A stretch of 64,000 bases of DNA. It comes from an uncultured Gammaproteobacteria bacterium (lineage in GTDB: Bacteria > Patescibacteriota > Microgenomatia > UBA10105 > UBA927). The translations under genes and the position numbers were made by a program. Positions 1-12,200 of the stretch are shown here, piece by piece. How positions within the stretch are numbered: the stretch's first letter is position 1; the number at the start of each line of letters is the position of its first letter. Below the pieces are notes generated by a model, which was given only the letters and a program-made list of their open reading frames with translations, did no database searches and was not told the origin of the DNA. The stretch is taken from NCBI GenBank assembly GCA_964361785.1, contig CAYIBX010000002.1, positions 21,160 through 85,159 on the forward strand. Direction: 5' to 3'.

Positions 1-85
1 GGATAAGAACTAAGATGGATTCTTTTGGCTTTGCAGATTTCGCGCGTGTCACCTTTGATGATTTACGATGAAGTTTCTTTTTCAT
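1..85 (-). CDS. 5' end of a divergently transcribed gene (partial, MKKKLHRKSSKVTRAKSAKPKESILVLI...)
   Basis: ATG at 85 on the minus strand, open to the window edge, Lys-rich N-terminus. TACACT (92-97) and TTGACA (117-122) lie upstream on the same strand. Confidence 0.5.
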   Translation of the reverse strand, partial: MKKKLHRKSSKVTRAKSAKPKESILVLI

Positions 86-91
86 ACTGTT

Positions 92-167
92 AGTGTAGAC
101 GAAAAGAGGGAGTGTTTGTCAAGGGCCTAATTTGTTCTTGACATAGTAAGCATATATTCATCATAGT
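92..167. promoter_or_regulatory. Divergent sigma70-type promoter region
   Basis: Plus strand: TTGACA 138-143 with weak -10 CATAGT 162-167 (18 nt spacer). Minus strand: TTGACA 117-122 with TACACT 92-97 (19 nt spacer). Confidence 0.45.
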
Positions 168-209
168 AGTAATAAGAGACCTGATATTAGATTTTTTTGG
201 GAATATCGG

Positions 210-3200
210 GTGTCGTACATATTCTTGATTAACACATTTCTAACTACACAAAAAACATATGATCAGAAAAACACAAAAGAAGCCTCAAAATCCTCCAGCC
301 TGATCCACTTCTTTATAGATTGTTACCTTCATTATTATAATAAAGCACAATACGGGTTTGCACCAATTTTGGCAATGATCACGATTGCCATCATCGCAAG
401 TAGTATTTTTATCACTGTGCGGGTGCTCCAGACTGGTGGGATTGCTGAGATTCGAAACTTTGCGGCACAAATAAACGATGGTGGAGGAGGGGGTACTGGA
501 AGCGGCGGGGGAGGAAATGCGCGAGGAGGCGGTGGTGCGGCAAAAGAAGATCCAGATGATCCATGTGCTGGCCTTCGGGGAGCTAAAAGAAAATTGTGTT
601 TGGAAGATATAGCCATTCCTGTGACGCCAAAGCCGGCATCAAGAATTGAGATAGATGCTGCAGATCGTGAAAGAGAGAGAATAGCACTAGAAGCTAAAGC
701 TGCAGCAGCAAAAATAAGCGAGTGTACCACAGCAAATGGCATGGTTGAGTACGCGGCTTGTGTAAAAGATAGAGAAGCAGCGGCAACGGAAAAACAAGAA
801 AGAGCGTCTGCTCCCGCAGTAGATGAGGGGAGATTTGGGTGGTGCTATACCTGTAATGGTGGCAAGGGTGCGCCAGCTGCAACTTCTGATTGGGGAAATG
901 CGAGTGTAGAAATAGCAGGTACGTATATCCAAAATGGAAAGCGATATGTGTTAAATATTGCCGATACACAAAAAGCAGCTGCAGAATATGCCGGAAATAA
1001 TCCGGGAATCTTAGATCAAACCATTGCAAACACCGAGTCGTTTGGTTTGAAAGATACCGTGTTGGAAAATCAGCAAAATGCCTACCTTGCTTGTAGAAAT
1101 GCAGGAAAAACTGATGCAGTTTGTTTGCAAGAGATAACAAAAGCACTCTTGGCAGGACAAACAAACGAACTGACGTCTGCTGCAGGCCAGGAGTGGATAA
1201 AAACAATAGAGATAGAACTTGCAAAAAATAAAGCAATTGATGAGTATGCAAGGATTCAAGCTGAACTCGAATCATGTTATGAAACAAATCAAAGCTCTGG
1301 ACCGTGTACAACTCTCGCAACGAAACTTGCGACGGTAAAGACGAATTTAGTTTCTAACTACGGTTTTACTCCGAAAGATGAAAAAGCATTGCAAGTGACT
1401 ATTGCAAAAAATGATGCGATACAAACATACACACAGACGCTCGCTTCGTATTATGAATGTTTAAATACGTGTTCTGATCTGGTAAAAGCTGGTTTAGCAA
1501 AAAAAGTGTCGGAGTTGAAAGCGAGTCTTAAAACAACGTACGATTACGTCCCCTCACTAGAACAAGAAAGGGCTGCACAGAATCAATTAGTGCTAAATGA
1601 TGCGGTTACTGCATATAACGATATAGTAAAAAAGGATGCGGAATGTAAATCTCAGTTGCCAGATTATGGGCGAGGGGTTGACCCAAAGGGTATTTGTACC
1701 CATTTTGCTGTCGAGTTATCAGCGCTTCTTGATAAATACCCGACATTAACTCAAGAAGAGAAAACACTAGTCTCAGATCAAGGATTTCAGCTTCGTGAAT
1801 ATTACAGACTTTCTTCAAAAAGTACGTTGGAGGTTTGTCAGAGTACTGGTTTGACACAACAAACAGTAGATGGTAAAGGGTGTGGAGAAGAAGTGGCGAC
1901 AAAACTTCTCACGAGTGACTTAAAACGCGCGGGGTATACAGAGAAAGAAGCAGAAAAAATAGTTACAATCGACCGTCCGAAGCAATTTGTTTCGATGGTT
2001 CTTAAAGGGAGTCCCGGAAGTCAGGAGTATGTGTGTGGACTGGCTTCTGAAACGTATGCCGATCGGCAGAAATGTTCGACTGATACTACTTTTGCGAATG
2101 AACAGTTTTTATCGTATGTACAAAAAAATGATCCAGCAAATCTTTCTCAAGCAAAGACTCGTTTATTACAGTTTGATATAGCAAATACATTGCTTTATGT
2201 CCCTCCTATTGAAGGCGTGCAGGGCGCTAAAGAAGCATACGTGAAGCAGTGTAAAGACGCGCAAACCCTGCAAACTGGTGCTCTTCGATATATCAATTGT
2301 GATAAAGCAAGCATCGACACGATTTATAGCGCGATGAAGCCAATGGTGCCCAAAGAGTTGAAGCCAGAAGTATTAGCCAAATATTTACCTGATCCATTGA
2401 TACCGCAAGCGTTACGTCCTGATCAACAAGATACTGCATACGGAAAAGGTTTTAAAGACTTTGCGGCCCTTCCAGAAAACAAAGGAAAGTCACAATTTGA
2501 ACTCGCTCAATTGTTTAGTTTTCAGCAGGACAATACGTTAGCTGATCTTTGCGCTGAGCTTGACAACAATGGCTTGTGTGAACAAACAAAAGCGGATTTA
2601 CAGGCTGGAACACTATTAGCCACAGATGTACAAGATGAGTTACACCCGTTAATTCAGGGAAAAGATGGCACGAAGACCCGTATGAATACTGTCGGGCTTA
2701 CCGCATTTTGGGAAAAGACGAAATCAACGCTCACTTCACGATTCGGATATTCAAAAAGTGCAGCAGAAAATAAAGCAATTGGTGTGGCTGCGGATGTGAC
2801 GGGCCCTGACAAGGATAAAATTATTGCAAGTCTTACACAGTTTTACGATAAAAAATCAAAGTTTGAGGCAGCAGGATATTTTCGTGCCAATGACCCCGAC
2901 AGTGAAGCGATTTTTGTAGAGAAACTTAAACGAGGTGAGTTTGATGCGACGATCGAATATAACAAAATCGATGCTGGGACGAAATTGCGGGCAGTTGTTT
3001 TTTCTGATCCAAATACGTGGCTTAGCCAACGGCTCGTGTCTCAAGAATCATTAGACGAAGCCGCAGCACGCGCTTCAAGCATCTATACCAGCGAGTATCG
3101 GCGTAATAATCCTGATTTATTTGCTACGTATGTCAGTGAAGTCGCAGGTGATGCCAACTTTACGAAATTCAAAAGAAATTTACAGGCGGGAACTTCGATA

Positions 3201-6200
3201 GATGATGCCGCAGAAAAATATCTGGAAGAGAATTTGGCCACTGCGTATCTTGAGACGGACAAGATGAACGCGGGAGTGGATTACAAAATAGAAAATAAAG
3301 ATGGGTTGCTGGCGTATGATCCGAAATGGCTGGAAACAGCAGCCCTCAATGGAAAAAATATTTCTACTCTTTCCGATGAATTATCAGTTTGGAATGAAAA
3401 ATATATCACGTTTGAGAATACATATAGCACTGTCGGAAAAGGAAGGGGAGGAGTATCAAAAGAAGTATTAGCAAAACAGCAAGCAGAGAAAGATGCGCTA
3501 TTAAACGAGCAGGCAACGATCATTGCTTCAGAATTTATAGATGCTAAAGGTATCACGGGAGAAGAAAAAACTTCTTTACTGCCTCAAGTTACTACACTCC
3601 TTCGAGATAACGATTTGCAATTCCTCATGAAATCTGGAGGCGTTGATATTACCTTTGACAAGGTGTTGGATGGTACTTATGATGCACACGCTGCATCGTT
3701 AGCCTTAGCTGATGCAAAAAAGAATAACCCACTGGTAGGAGCGGCACTAGCCCTTAATAAATTTGAAAATGGAGGATTTTTAAAGGGAGAATTATTAAAA
3801 CAAGAGTCACGGGCAACGTTATCAGAAAATAATTGTTCGTTTGGTGATCGATTTGCCGATACGACGTGTAGGCAAGCGCAATTAGATAACGCTCGTGCAT
3901 GGACCATGCAAGGAGCAAAGCCCGCTGCAACATTACTTTCTATAGCTATTCCGGGAGGTCAATTAATTCGTGCCATAGGAACAGGCATCGTTTCTTCCAC
4001 AGGTCTTTCTATTGCGGGAAATGCAATGGGGATATATATGACCGGAACGAGTGCGCAGGATACCGCTGAAGTGTGTACGGGAAGAACTGATGCGGATGGT
4101 TGGGCATGTGCGAGATCTATAGGGATGACCGCATTTTCTGGATGGTCATCGCTTGCCGGAATAAAAGGATTCACTGCGTTGAAAAATGTCGCTTTAGCAG
4201 AACAAGGTGGTGTATCTTCAGCTAAAATATTAACTGTCCTTGCTCCAGCAGATGATGCAGTGTTAAAACTTCGTACATTTGCGGATGCAGCGCCAGGTGC
4301 AGGGATGACGGCCCAAGAAATTGCAGCGTCTTCTGATGATGTAGTTCATGGTTTGATACAGAATGTATATAAGCCAGCAGTAGAAAGTGCAGCTGCGCAT
4401 ATTGGTCGTGACACACTGGGAACTTTGGTTTTTACAGCAAACGCTGCTGATACGTGCGGAAAAGCTGGAAGCTTGACGATTGATTGCGCGCTTTCTATTA
4501 GCATGGCTACAGTTATGGGTGCTCGAGCGATTACGGGACTTGCAAGCGTGATTCCAAAAGGATCTCCAATAATTTCACAGACTACAAATACAGCAATAGG
4601 TCGTTTGGATTTGGTTACCAATACAGGACAGGCAGCGGTTGCGTGTGCTGCGGCAGCAATGGGAGAAGTACCGTTTGAACAATGTGCAACGACGGTGATG
4701 ATGGCGGGATTATCAGCAGGGCAGCTGGCACTTACAGAATCCGTTGGGAAGCCAACGACGGTAGATAAGCCATTTATAGAACAAGCGCAGGCAATTGCGG
4801 ACAAAGCTGCACTTTCTAATTTTCAATCAGGGCAGGATTTGACGATAAATGGAGTAAAGGTGACTGACATAAATAGATCGACGATACAGTCTGAAGTGAA
4901 TAATCGTCTTGGGGTGACGACCAATGCAGTAGCTCGTGAGACGCAGCAGCTACTTGCGCTTTCAGAGCAGTTGGCAAAAGAAAAAGGAGTGCCAATTACA
5001 GCAGAGCGACAAAAGTTAATGGATAGTTTAGAAACACTTAAGCGATTTGTTGATGCAGACGGTGTAATAAAACGAACTATTCCTACGGGTGAAACTGAAA
5101 ATCAAGCAGGGTTGCTCGTGCCGGTTGAGCAAATGTTGGCAATACAAAAAGTTGAAGCCGCGCGACTGGCGGTGCGAGCGGCAGAGCAGAGTTACAATGC
5201 AGAAAAAGTAGCACTTAGTGCTCCTGATCGGTCGCTTCTTGATCGATTGACAGGGAGAGAAACCAAAGAACTCGCGGCGTATAGGTTGGCCGCAAAAGAA
5301 CTTTCAGATATAGCAAGTACGGAAGGCATCACGTCTTCTAAATATCTTGCAGCACTTCAGGCGACAGAATTAGCGAAAACAATTGCTACAGAGGCGCGCA
5401 TGACCCCAATTGAGCGGACGATCGCGCAATCTATTCGAGAATTGCAGTATGGTAAGAGTGGTACTGATGGACTTGTCGATTTACTAGCGAAACAAAAACA
5501 GATAGAAGTAGAGAATGAGGTATTAAATGACCCCACTCAATTTACAAAAGTTCGTGACACGTATGCAGAAGCGATAAAGAAAACTTTTGAATATGTCGCG
5601 GAATTAAAAGTCCGCCCCAATGCCCCAGAGTCTGTTATTGTCGAAACCGAGCGACTGTTAACTCGTACGCAAGAAGCGCTTGATTCACTCAATAAATTCG
5701 AAGCCGATGGACTCCTTACGGTCGGTCCAGCACAGAGAAATGCAGCGATCGCCAATAATAAAGTCAGTCAGGTAGAAGCGCTCGCACAAAGTGTCGCGCG
5801 TGTGAATGGAGAAATTGGCATAAAACAAACAGATCTCGCAAAAGCCGGATCGTTTCGAGGGAGAGTTGACTTGGCGACGAAACCAATTCGTGAAGCAATA
5901 AGCGATACCTTAACCGGAAAATCTATTCGTGAAGCGGCATATACATCACGCATTGAATACACCAACGCCTTACAGTTGGTGACCGACGCAAATAACAATA
6001 GACGTGCATTGGTAGAGAAGATCGGAGATGTTCCAACTGCTGAACAGATAAAAGAAATTGAATCATTTGATAAAGCAATTCAAGAATTGACGATAAAAGC
6101 AGATGAAGCGCTAGCAATCGCAAATGCAAAAGACAAATCCTATACATCGAGCTTGAGATATAAGTGGTTTGGACCAAAGGAAATATCGATTGCAAAGCAA

Positions 6201-9200
6201 GTTGCGGTAGCAGAAACGCTGGGTAAATTATCGGTTGTGGCAGATGCACTTACAAAAGAGGGGTTTCACATTGAGAGAAATGCTCAAAAACAATTAGAAC
6301 TGATTGATAATCAGATTAAGGAATCGGGAGTAGGTAGACCACCTTCAGAAGCGGCAAAACAAATGCTTGAAGAGGCGTCAAGCTTCTTGGGTAAAATCGA
6401 AGAAAATTTATCAAAAGCCACAGAAGGAAGAATTTCCGAAATGATAGGGCCAGATCATCCAACGCGCGTTGATCAATCAGAAATATTTATCAAAGCATTA
6501 TTTGACACGGAAATATCTGGTTCTGTAAAAGGAGTCTTATTCAACGGTCAGACAGGGTTAGGCAAGTCGGCATTTCTTCTTAATGCAATCGCTGATGCAA
6601 AAGTAAAGCTTACTGGTACAAAAGTAAACGTACTTGCCACCTCATGGGCTGATGTCTTGGGCATGATGAAAGATTATAGCCCACTAGTACATCACCAAAA
6701 TGGTGTAAAGGCAGTGTATTACAACCCATCAGGGGCCGAAATAATTTATGTCGACGAAGCAGGAGTACAACAGCGATTGTCAAATCATCAAAATGATGTA
6801 CTTGCCAAACAAATTCTTTCTGAAGCAGACGTTATTTATAGTCCGACGCTTGAAACTCCATATGAATTTCATGCATCCAGAAACAATGACCTTCTTACCC
6901 AAGGATTTCGGGAGGGGACAAAAGGCGCCATGCTTCTTATTGACGAGTTTGATGTGATTGCAAATAGCATGCAGTTTTCCTCCGGTGGCGATTCGCGACT
7001 GGCAGCTGATTACGATCCTATACGAACGCAAAAATATCGGGATGTTTTTGCCACAGGTCTTGCAAAAGATTTTATAGACAAAGCGATAACAGTGAAAAAT
7101 GGAGGATCTTTAGGAGAGGATCTTTTTGTACAAAAAGGGCAGAGTGTCGCTTTAGCCGATACAGATTTTGCAAAAGGGTTGTATAAAGAGTTGGTGCTTG
7201 AAGCCGCCAAACAAGCGTATGATAAAGTAAAAGCACAAGGGGAAACTCAAACAGCAGAAGAATTTTTACAAAAAAATAATATTACGCATGATGAGGCAGG
7301 TTTACCTCGTACAAATCCTCGAGATGTCCTTACCGCTCTTGAAAAATATCACCTAGGAAATGAGGCAACGAGTGAATTTAAGTTAGAATTTGGTGACAGG
7401 GCTGGAGTAGCAAACGCTATTGTGGAGACGGCGAGTAGGTCTACAAACGGATACGGATTTGATCCAAAAGGAATACTTGTGTATGGAGATGGTACTGGGA
7501 GACTTCAAAATACTCGTCCACAAGCGCTTTACGAAGCACTAGCGCTTGATACGGTTGGGCAAATGATAAAGAATTCAATACGGAACAAAACGTTTACCCA
7601 CGATCAGGCAATGGCCTTTATCGATAAAGTTACTGTTTCCCTTCAAGGAGAGTCCTCGTCGTGGAAACAGACACTTGGGATGGGTCATTATGCAGATAGA
7701 CTCTACGGATTTACCGGTACTCCAGAGAGTATTATTTTGGATGCACAACTATCTCTAGATATGCAGCTTGTGGTTCCTGGAGCAAAAAAACTTACGTCTA
7801 TTATTCAAATTTTTGGATCAGAGACGATAAAACCTATAAAGAATTCGGAATGGTTTGGGGCAAAAGATGTAGATAACGCGCCTATTACGTTGGGGAAAGA
7901 GGGTGTAGCTCGAATTGTCCTCGAGATGCCTGAATATACAAAAGATGTAACTTTAAAAAGCCTTCAAAAGAAGGTAAATGCATTAGGGGAAGACGTGGAG
8001 TTGATTGTAGTAAACAACGATACAAATATTGCTGAAAATGAAAAAGTAATTATTTACGATCAAGATCATACTATTAAGCGAACAATTGTTGGAGACAATG
8101 AAAAAACAGCAATACAACGATTTGAAGAAGAGTACGCCTATAAAAATAGAGGAACAAAGAGATTTGTTATGATTTTTGATCAAGGGTCTGGAAGAGGAAC
8201 TGATATTCAAGGTGTATTTACACCTACTGATGCGTCATACCTTTTTGGAAGTTCAAAAACGCTTACCCAAACATCCGCAGCCCAAGGCATTGGACGATTT
8301 CGAGAAATTCCAGATACAACCACTGTGTATTTATTTGATGGGCAAGCGGCAGATGGGTTGACAAGAATTCCTTTAGAAGACGCAACAGTTCGGCTTCTTA
8401 CCAACGAAACAGCGAGTACGCAAATCTCAATTACGAATAGTTTGATTCATGGTTATAGCGACATGGTCAAAAACACGATTGATTCGTTGGCGAGTATGGC
8501 AAAGCAGTATGGTGCGGATGATTTTACGATGACGTATGAAGGAAGAGAGATGTCTCTTTCTGATGGACTTAAATTACAATTTGATAAGGTGGGCGGGGTA
8601 AATGATGCACTCACAGAGTCTTCTCAAATAGGCACTGTGGCAATTCAAAAAGCTGCGACACGTGCTCGCGATTTTATAAATAGTATTCGTTCAACGCCTG
8701 AATTTGCTAAATTGCCGATTGAAGTTCGTGAGTATTACCTAAAAAATATTTATAACTATGAAGATGTCCCAATAGCGCTTCAAGCTGGATCACCCACAGA
8801 GTCTACGGTACGGCCAAGTTTGCAGGGAGCGACACGAATTACCGATAGAACAGCGCTTATCAATCAGGCGATATTTGAATCAGATATCGCAGCCACCATT
8901 GGTCGAGAGGGTCGCCAGACACCCACATCGTCCACGCGAGAACAACTTGCACAGATTGAGCGTGCAGCATCTTCAAGAAGCGAGGAAAGTGTAGCGGTTG
9001 CGACAAACGCAATTTCTGAAGCAAAATCAGTAATTGATAGACTTCTTACTGGCAAATCAATTACAAGCGAACAAAGACACATTGTAGCACTTGCCCAACA
9101 AGAACGAGCGAGGCTCGTAGTGCGACAACAGGCATTGGTAGTTCAGAAGTCTTCTGCGCCTCCAGATTCATCTGAATTAGAACAATTGAATACACAAATA

Positions 9201-12200
9201 GCTCAAATTGAAACAATTCTTGCTCCCATAGCAAATAGTACTGACGCGCAAATTATCGATGTGCTGAAAACGGACGCAATGAAACGTTTGAAAGCTTCAC
9301 TTACCAAATCAGGAATACAAAATGTCGATACGTTAAGTGAAGCACAATTAAATATTGCTGTAGCTGCTATGGTTACATATGAAAATGCTGTATCGCTTCG
9401 TACAGGACTTATAGCCACGAATGCACAAAGTGAACAGGCAAAAGTTGCTATCGAAGAACAAACAAAAACAGAAAGAGAAGCATTCACTAAAGCGCTTGAT
9501 GCAATACTTCTTTCATCTGGAGTGACAGCGAAGAATCTTACTTTTGAACGTGCACGATCTGACATGAGTGTCATCACGAATGCACGTGTATCGGAAACAG
9601 TCTTATTTACTGATGGACGACGAGTCCTTATTACTGATGAAGCACAGAAACAGGCGCTTATAAAAGAAAAGCAAGGCGTTATTACAGCGCCACTTTTTAG
9701 TAGTCTGGAAGATGCATCGTTTCAAAAAATTATTGCGTATCAGCAAGAGCGATTGTTGCAGGTATCCAAAGCAACACAGTCAAATAGAATACAAGTATTT
9801 GGACAGTTTGTTGTGAAAAATTGGCAATCGTTTCAGCAGGCATTTCTTCCGCGCTGGGCATCTGTCGTGAATCTATCCCAATTTGGACAAAATCAGACGA
9901 TAAATAATCTCGCTTCCGCAATAAATGCAAAAGATTATATGACTGCGTATGCAATGTTTAATACATTGCGAACAAATGCCAAGAAAAATCCTGATGTATT
10001 TGAAAATGCAGATAGTCTGATGCGCGCTGATGCCGCAGCTCGTTTGAGTATTGTGCTAAACGGCGCAGTAATAAGCCCAAGCGTGACAGAAGTTGAAAAT
10101 ATAGTGTTGTATGAAGCGAGTGCGATTGCGTTTGCACAAAAAGCTTTAAAGAACACCAAAGTGATTGATTATCAAACATTCTTTGAGGCTGCATTTGAGG
10201 ATGATTCTGTGCGTACATCACTTGTAGAAGCGGAAAAGGCATTTGACGCACTTTCTCTTCCACAAGGTATTACGCGGGATAGTTATAACAATGGGTTACG
10301 AGAGGCGATTGATCCAATCATGAATTCTGTATATGCAGTGTTAAAACTTGATGAAAAAATTGCAGCGCGAGATGGGAAGCGATCCACAGTGTCTCAATCT
10401 GGTTCTGTCGATATAAATGTGATTATCACCGGCATCTCTGCATCAGATTATTTAAACGCGTTTTTAGCAATCGACACGCTTGTGGCGGCTGGGGACACAA
10501 CTGGGCGCGACCGAATATCGCAAGCGATACGGGATGATATTAGGGAACGATTAGTGGCACAACAAGTCCCAAGTCCGTCTGAGGAATTAATCACTACCAT
10601 TTTTGATTACCAAAAAGCAGTAGCCAAGAGAGCGTCGGTATGGAAACAAAGCCCGCTTCCGAGTCCAGCGGCGGGGGCAGCGCCAAAAGATTTGTTTAGA
10701 GAGTTTGTAGAAAACGATCCAGAAGTGTTGGCTTCAAAAATAAAGGCTCTTGAGTTATTAAAGGTGGAATTTACTGAATCAAAAGCAGAAGCACTATTTT
10801 TGAGTATCACTGAACCAATTATCGCTTCTACCCGCATTGCAATGGAAAATCGACAACCAAATATTCAAAACGTGACAGGACAAGCTGTACAGCCTGTTCA
10901 ATCTTCCCATCAACCTCGTTTAGAGCCAAATGGGTGGGTGAAATTTGGAAATGTAATTAAGGCAATTATTGCACCGAATGTTTATGCAATTTATGCTAAA
11001 CGTTATTCAACACCTGAATTAACCTTTGCGATCGCAAGCATTATTCCACGATATGCAGCGCCGATAGTGTTTATGGGGCCTGCTGGTATACCGATTTCTC
11101 TTGGAATTGCAGTGTATGATATTGCGCGGACAGCGTTGGAATTACCTTTTTATATAATCGCACATTGGCCGAGAGTGCAGAGTTTCTTTTTGGGAGACAT
11201 ACATATTCTGGATGGATATCCACGTTTGAAAAAATTTGTCGATTGGGTGGTACCGAAAGATGCGCAACAACTAGTGGTAAACGTGTTGGCGGATAGTCGG
11301 GAAGGATATCTTGAGAGTTTAGTAAACGCGACGATGTTTGATGCAGGAAATCCACAGTGGACACCATTAACTTGGTTTACGAGCATATTTACACATACAA
11401 TCACAAGGATTCGCCGTCCCTATTTGTTAGGGTGGGATATATATAGAGCAGAGCGACGGTATGTAGAAGGGGTGACAGGGAAAACTGCAAAGCTTATAGA
11501 CGCCGGATATGAAAAGCCTGACTACTGGAACAGAGGTGGACGCATGTTTGGTCTAGCACCAAGGCGGTTGATCAATGCGACGCCGACGAATGATTCACTT
11601 ATTTGGTGGACAACTCGCGGGCCAGCGATAGTTCTTCTAATTGCCGGAATTGCGACGTGGTGGATACCAGGAGCACCGCTTGTTATTGGTTTAGCAGCGA
11701 CTATTTTAGGTCTGACAACGGGTCCATTTTGGCATTATGATGCACATCGATTCTTTTATGGCGATGGATGGAAAAGTTTGGGATACGCAGCTACATATAA
11801 TCCTCTCGATTGGAAATGGTTGCCACCTCCTGAAATTGCACCTGTTCAAGCACCTTCACAACCAATGCAACAGGTTGCTACTCCTGTCGTCCAACCAACA
11901 CCTGCTCGCGTTAGTTGGACTCGTCGAACGGATGGATTATTTCAGTTTATCAATGCTACACCACAGGGGAGTTGGAGGAAATATTTTGGATCGCGAGCAA
12001 TAGTGATACTTTCACCAGCACCGATACCATCATTGTCATTTTATACAACCAGCGTTATCGCTCGTGCAGCATTTGTAGGAGTATATGACGGATTCCGTTT
12101 GATTCGGTATGTATGGGAAAGTACAAGAAAACCAGTGCAACAGACATCCGTTATTGCTCCCACAGCCCAAGCTCCAGTTGCAGTGACACCGATAGATTTG

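Noticed and set aside
259-303. Out-of-frame ATG mini-ORF MIRKTQKKPQNPPA as the true start via a frameshift
   Set aside because: There is no supporting evidence and in-frame GTG/TTG starts exist. The real start remains uncertain.
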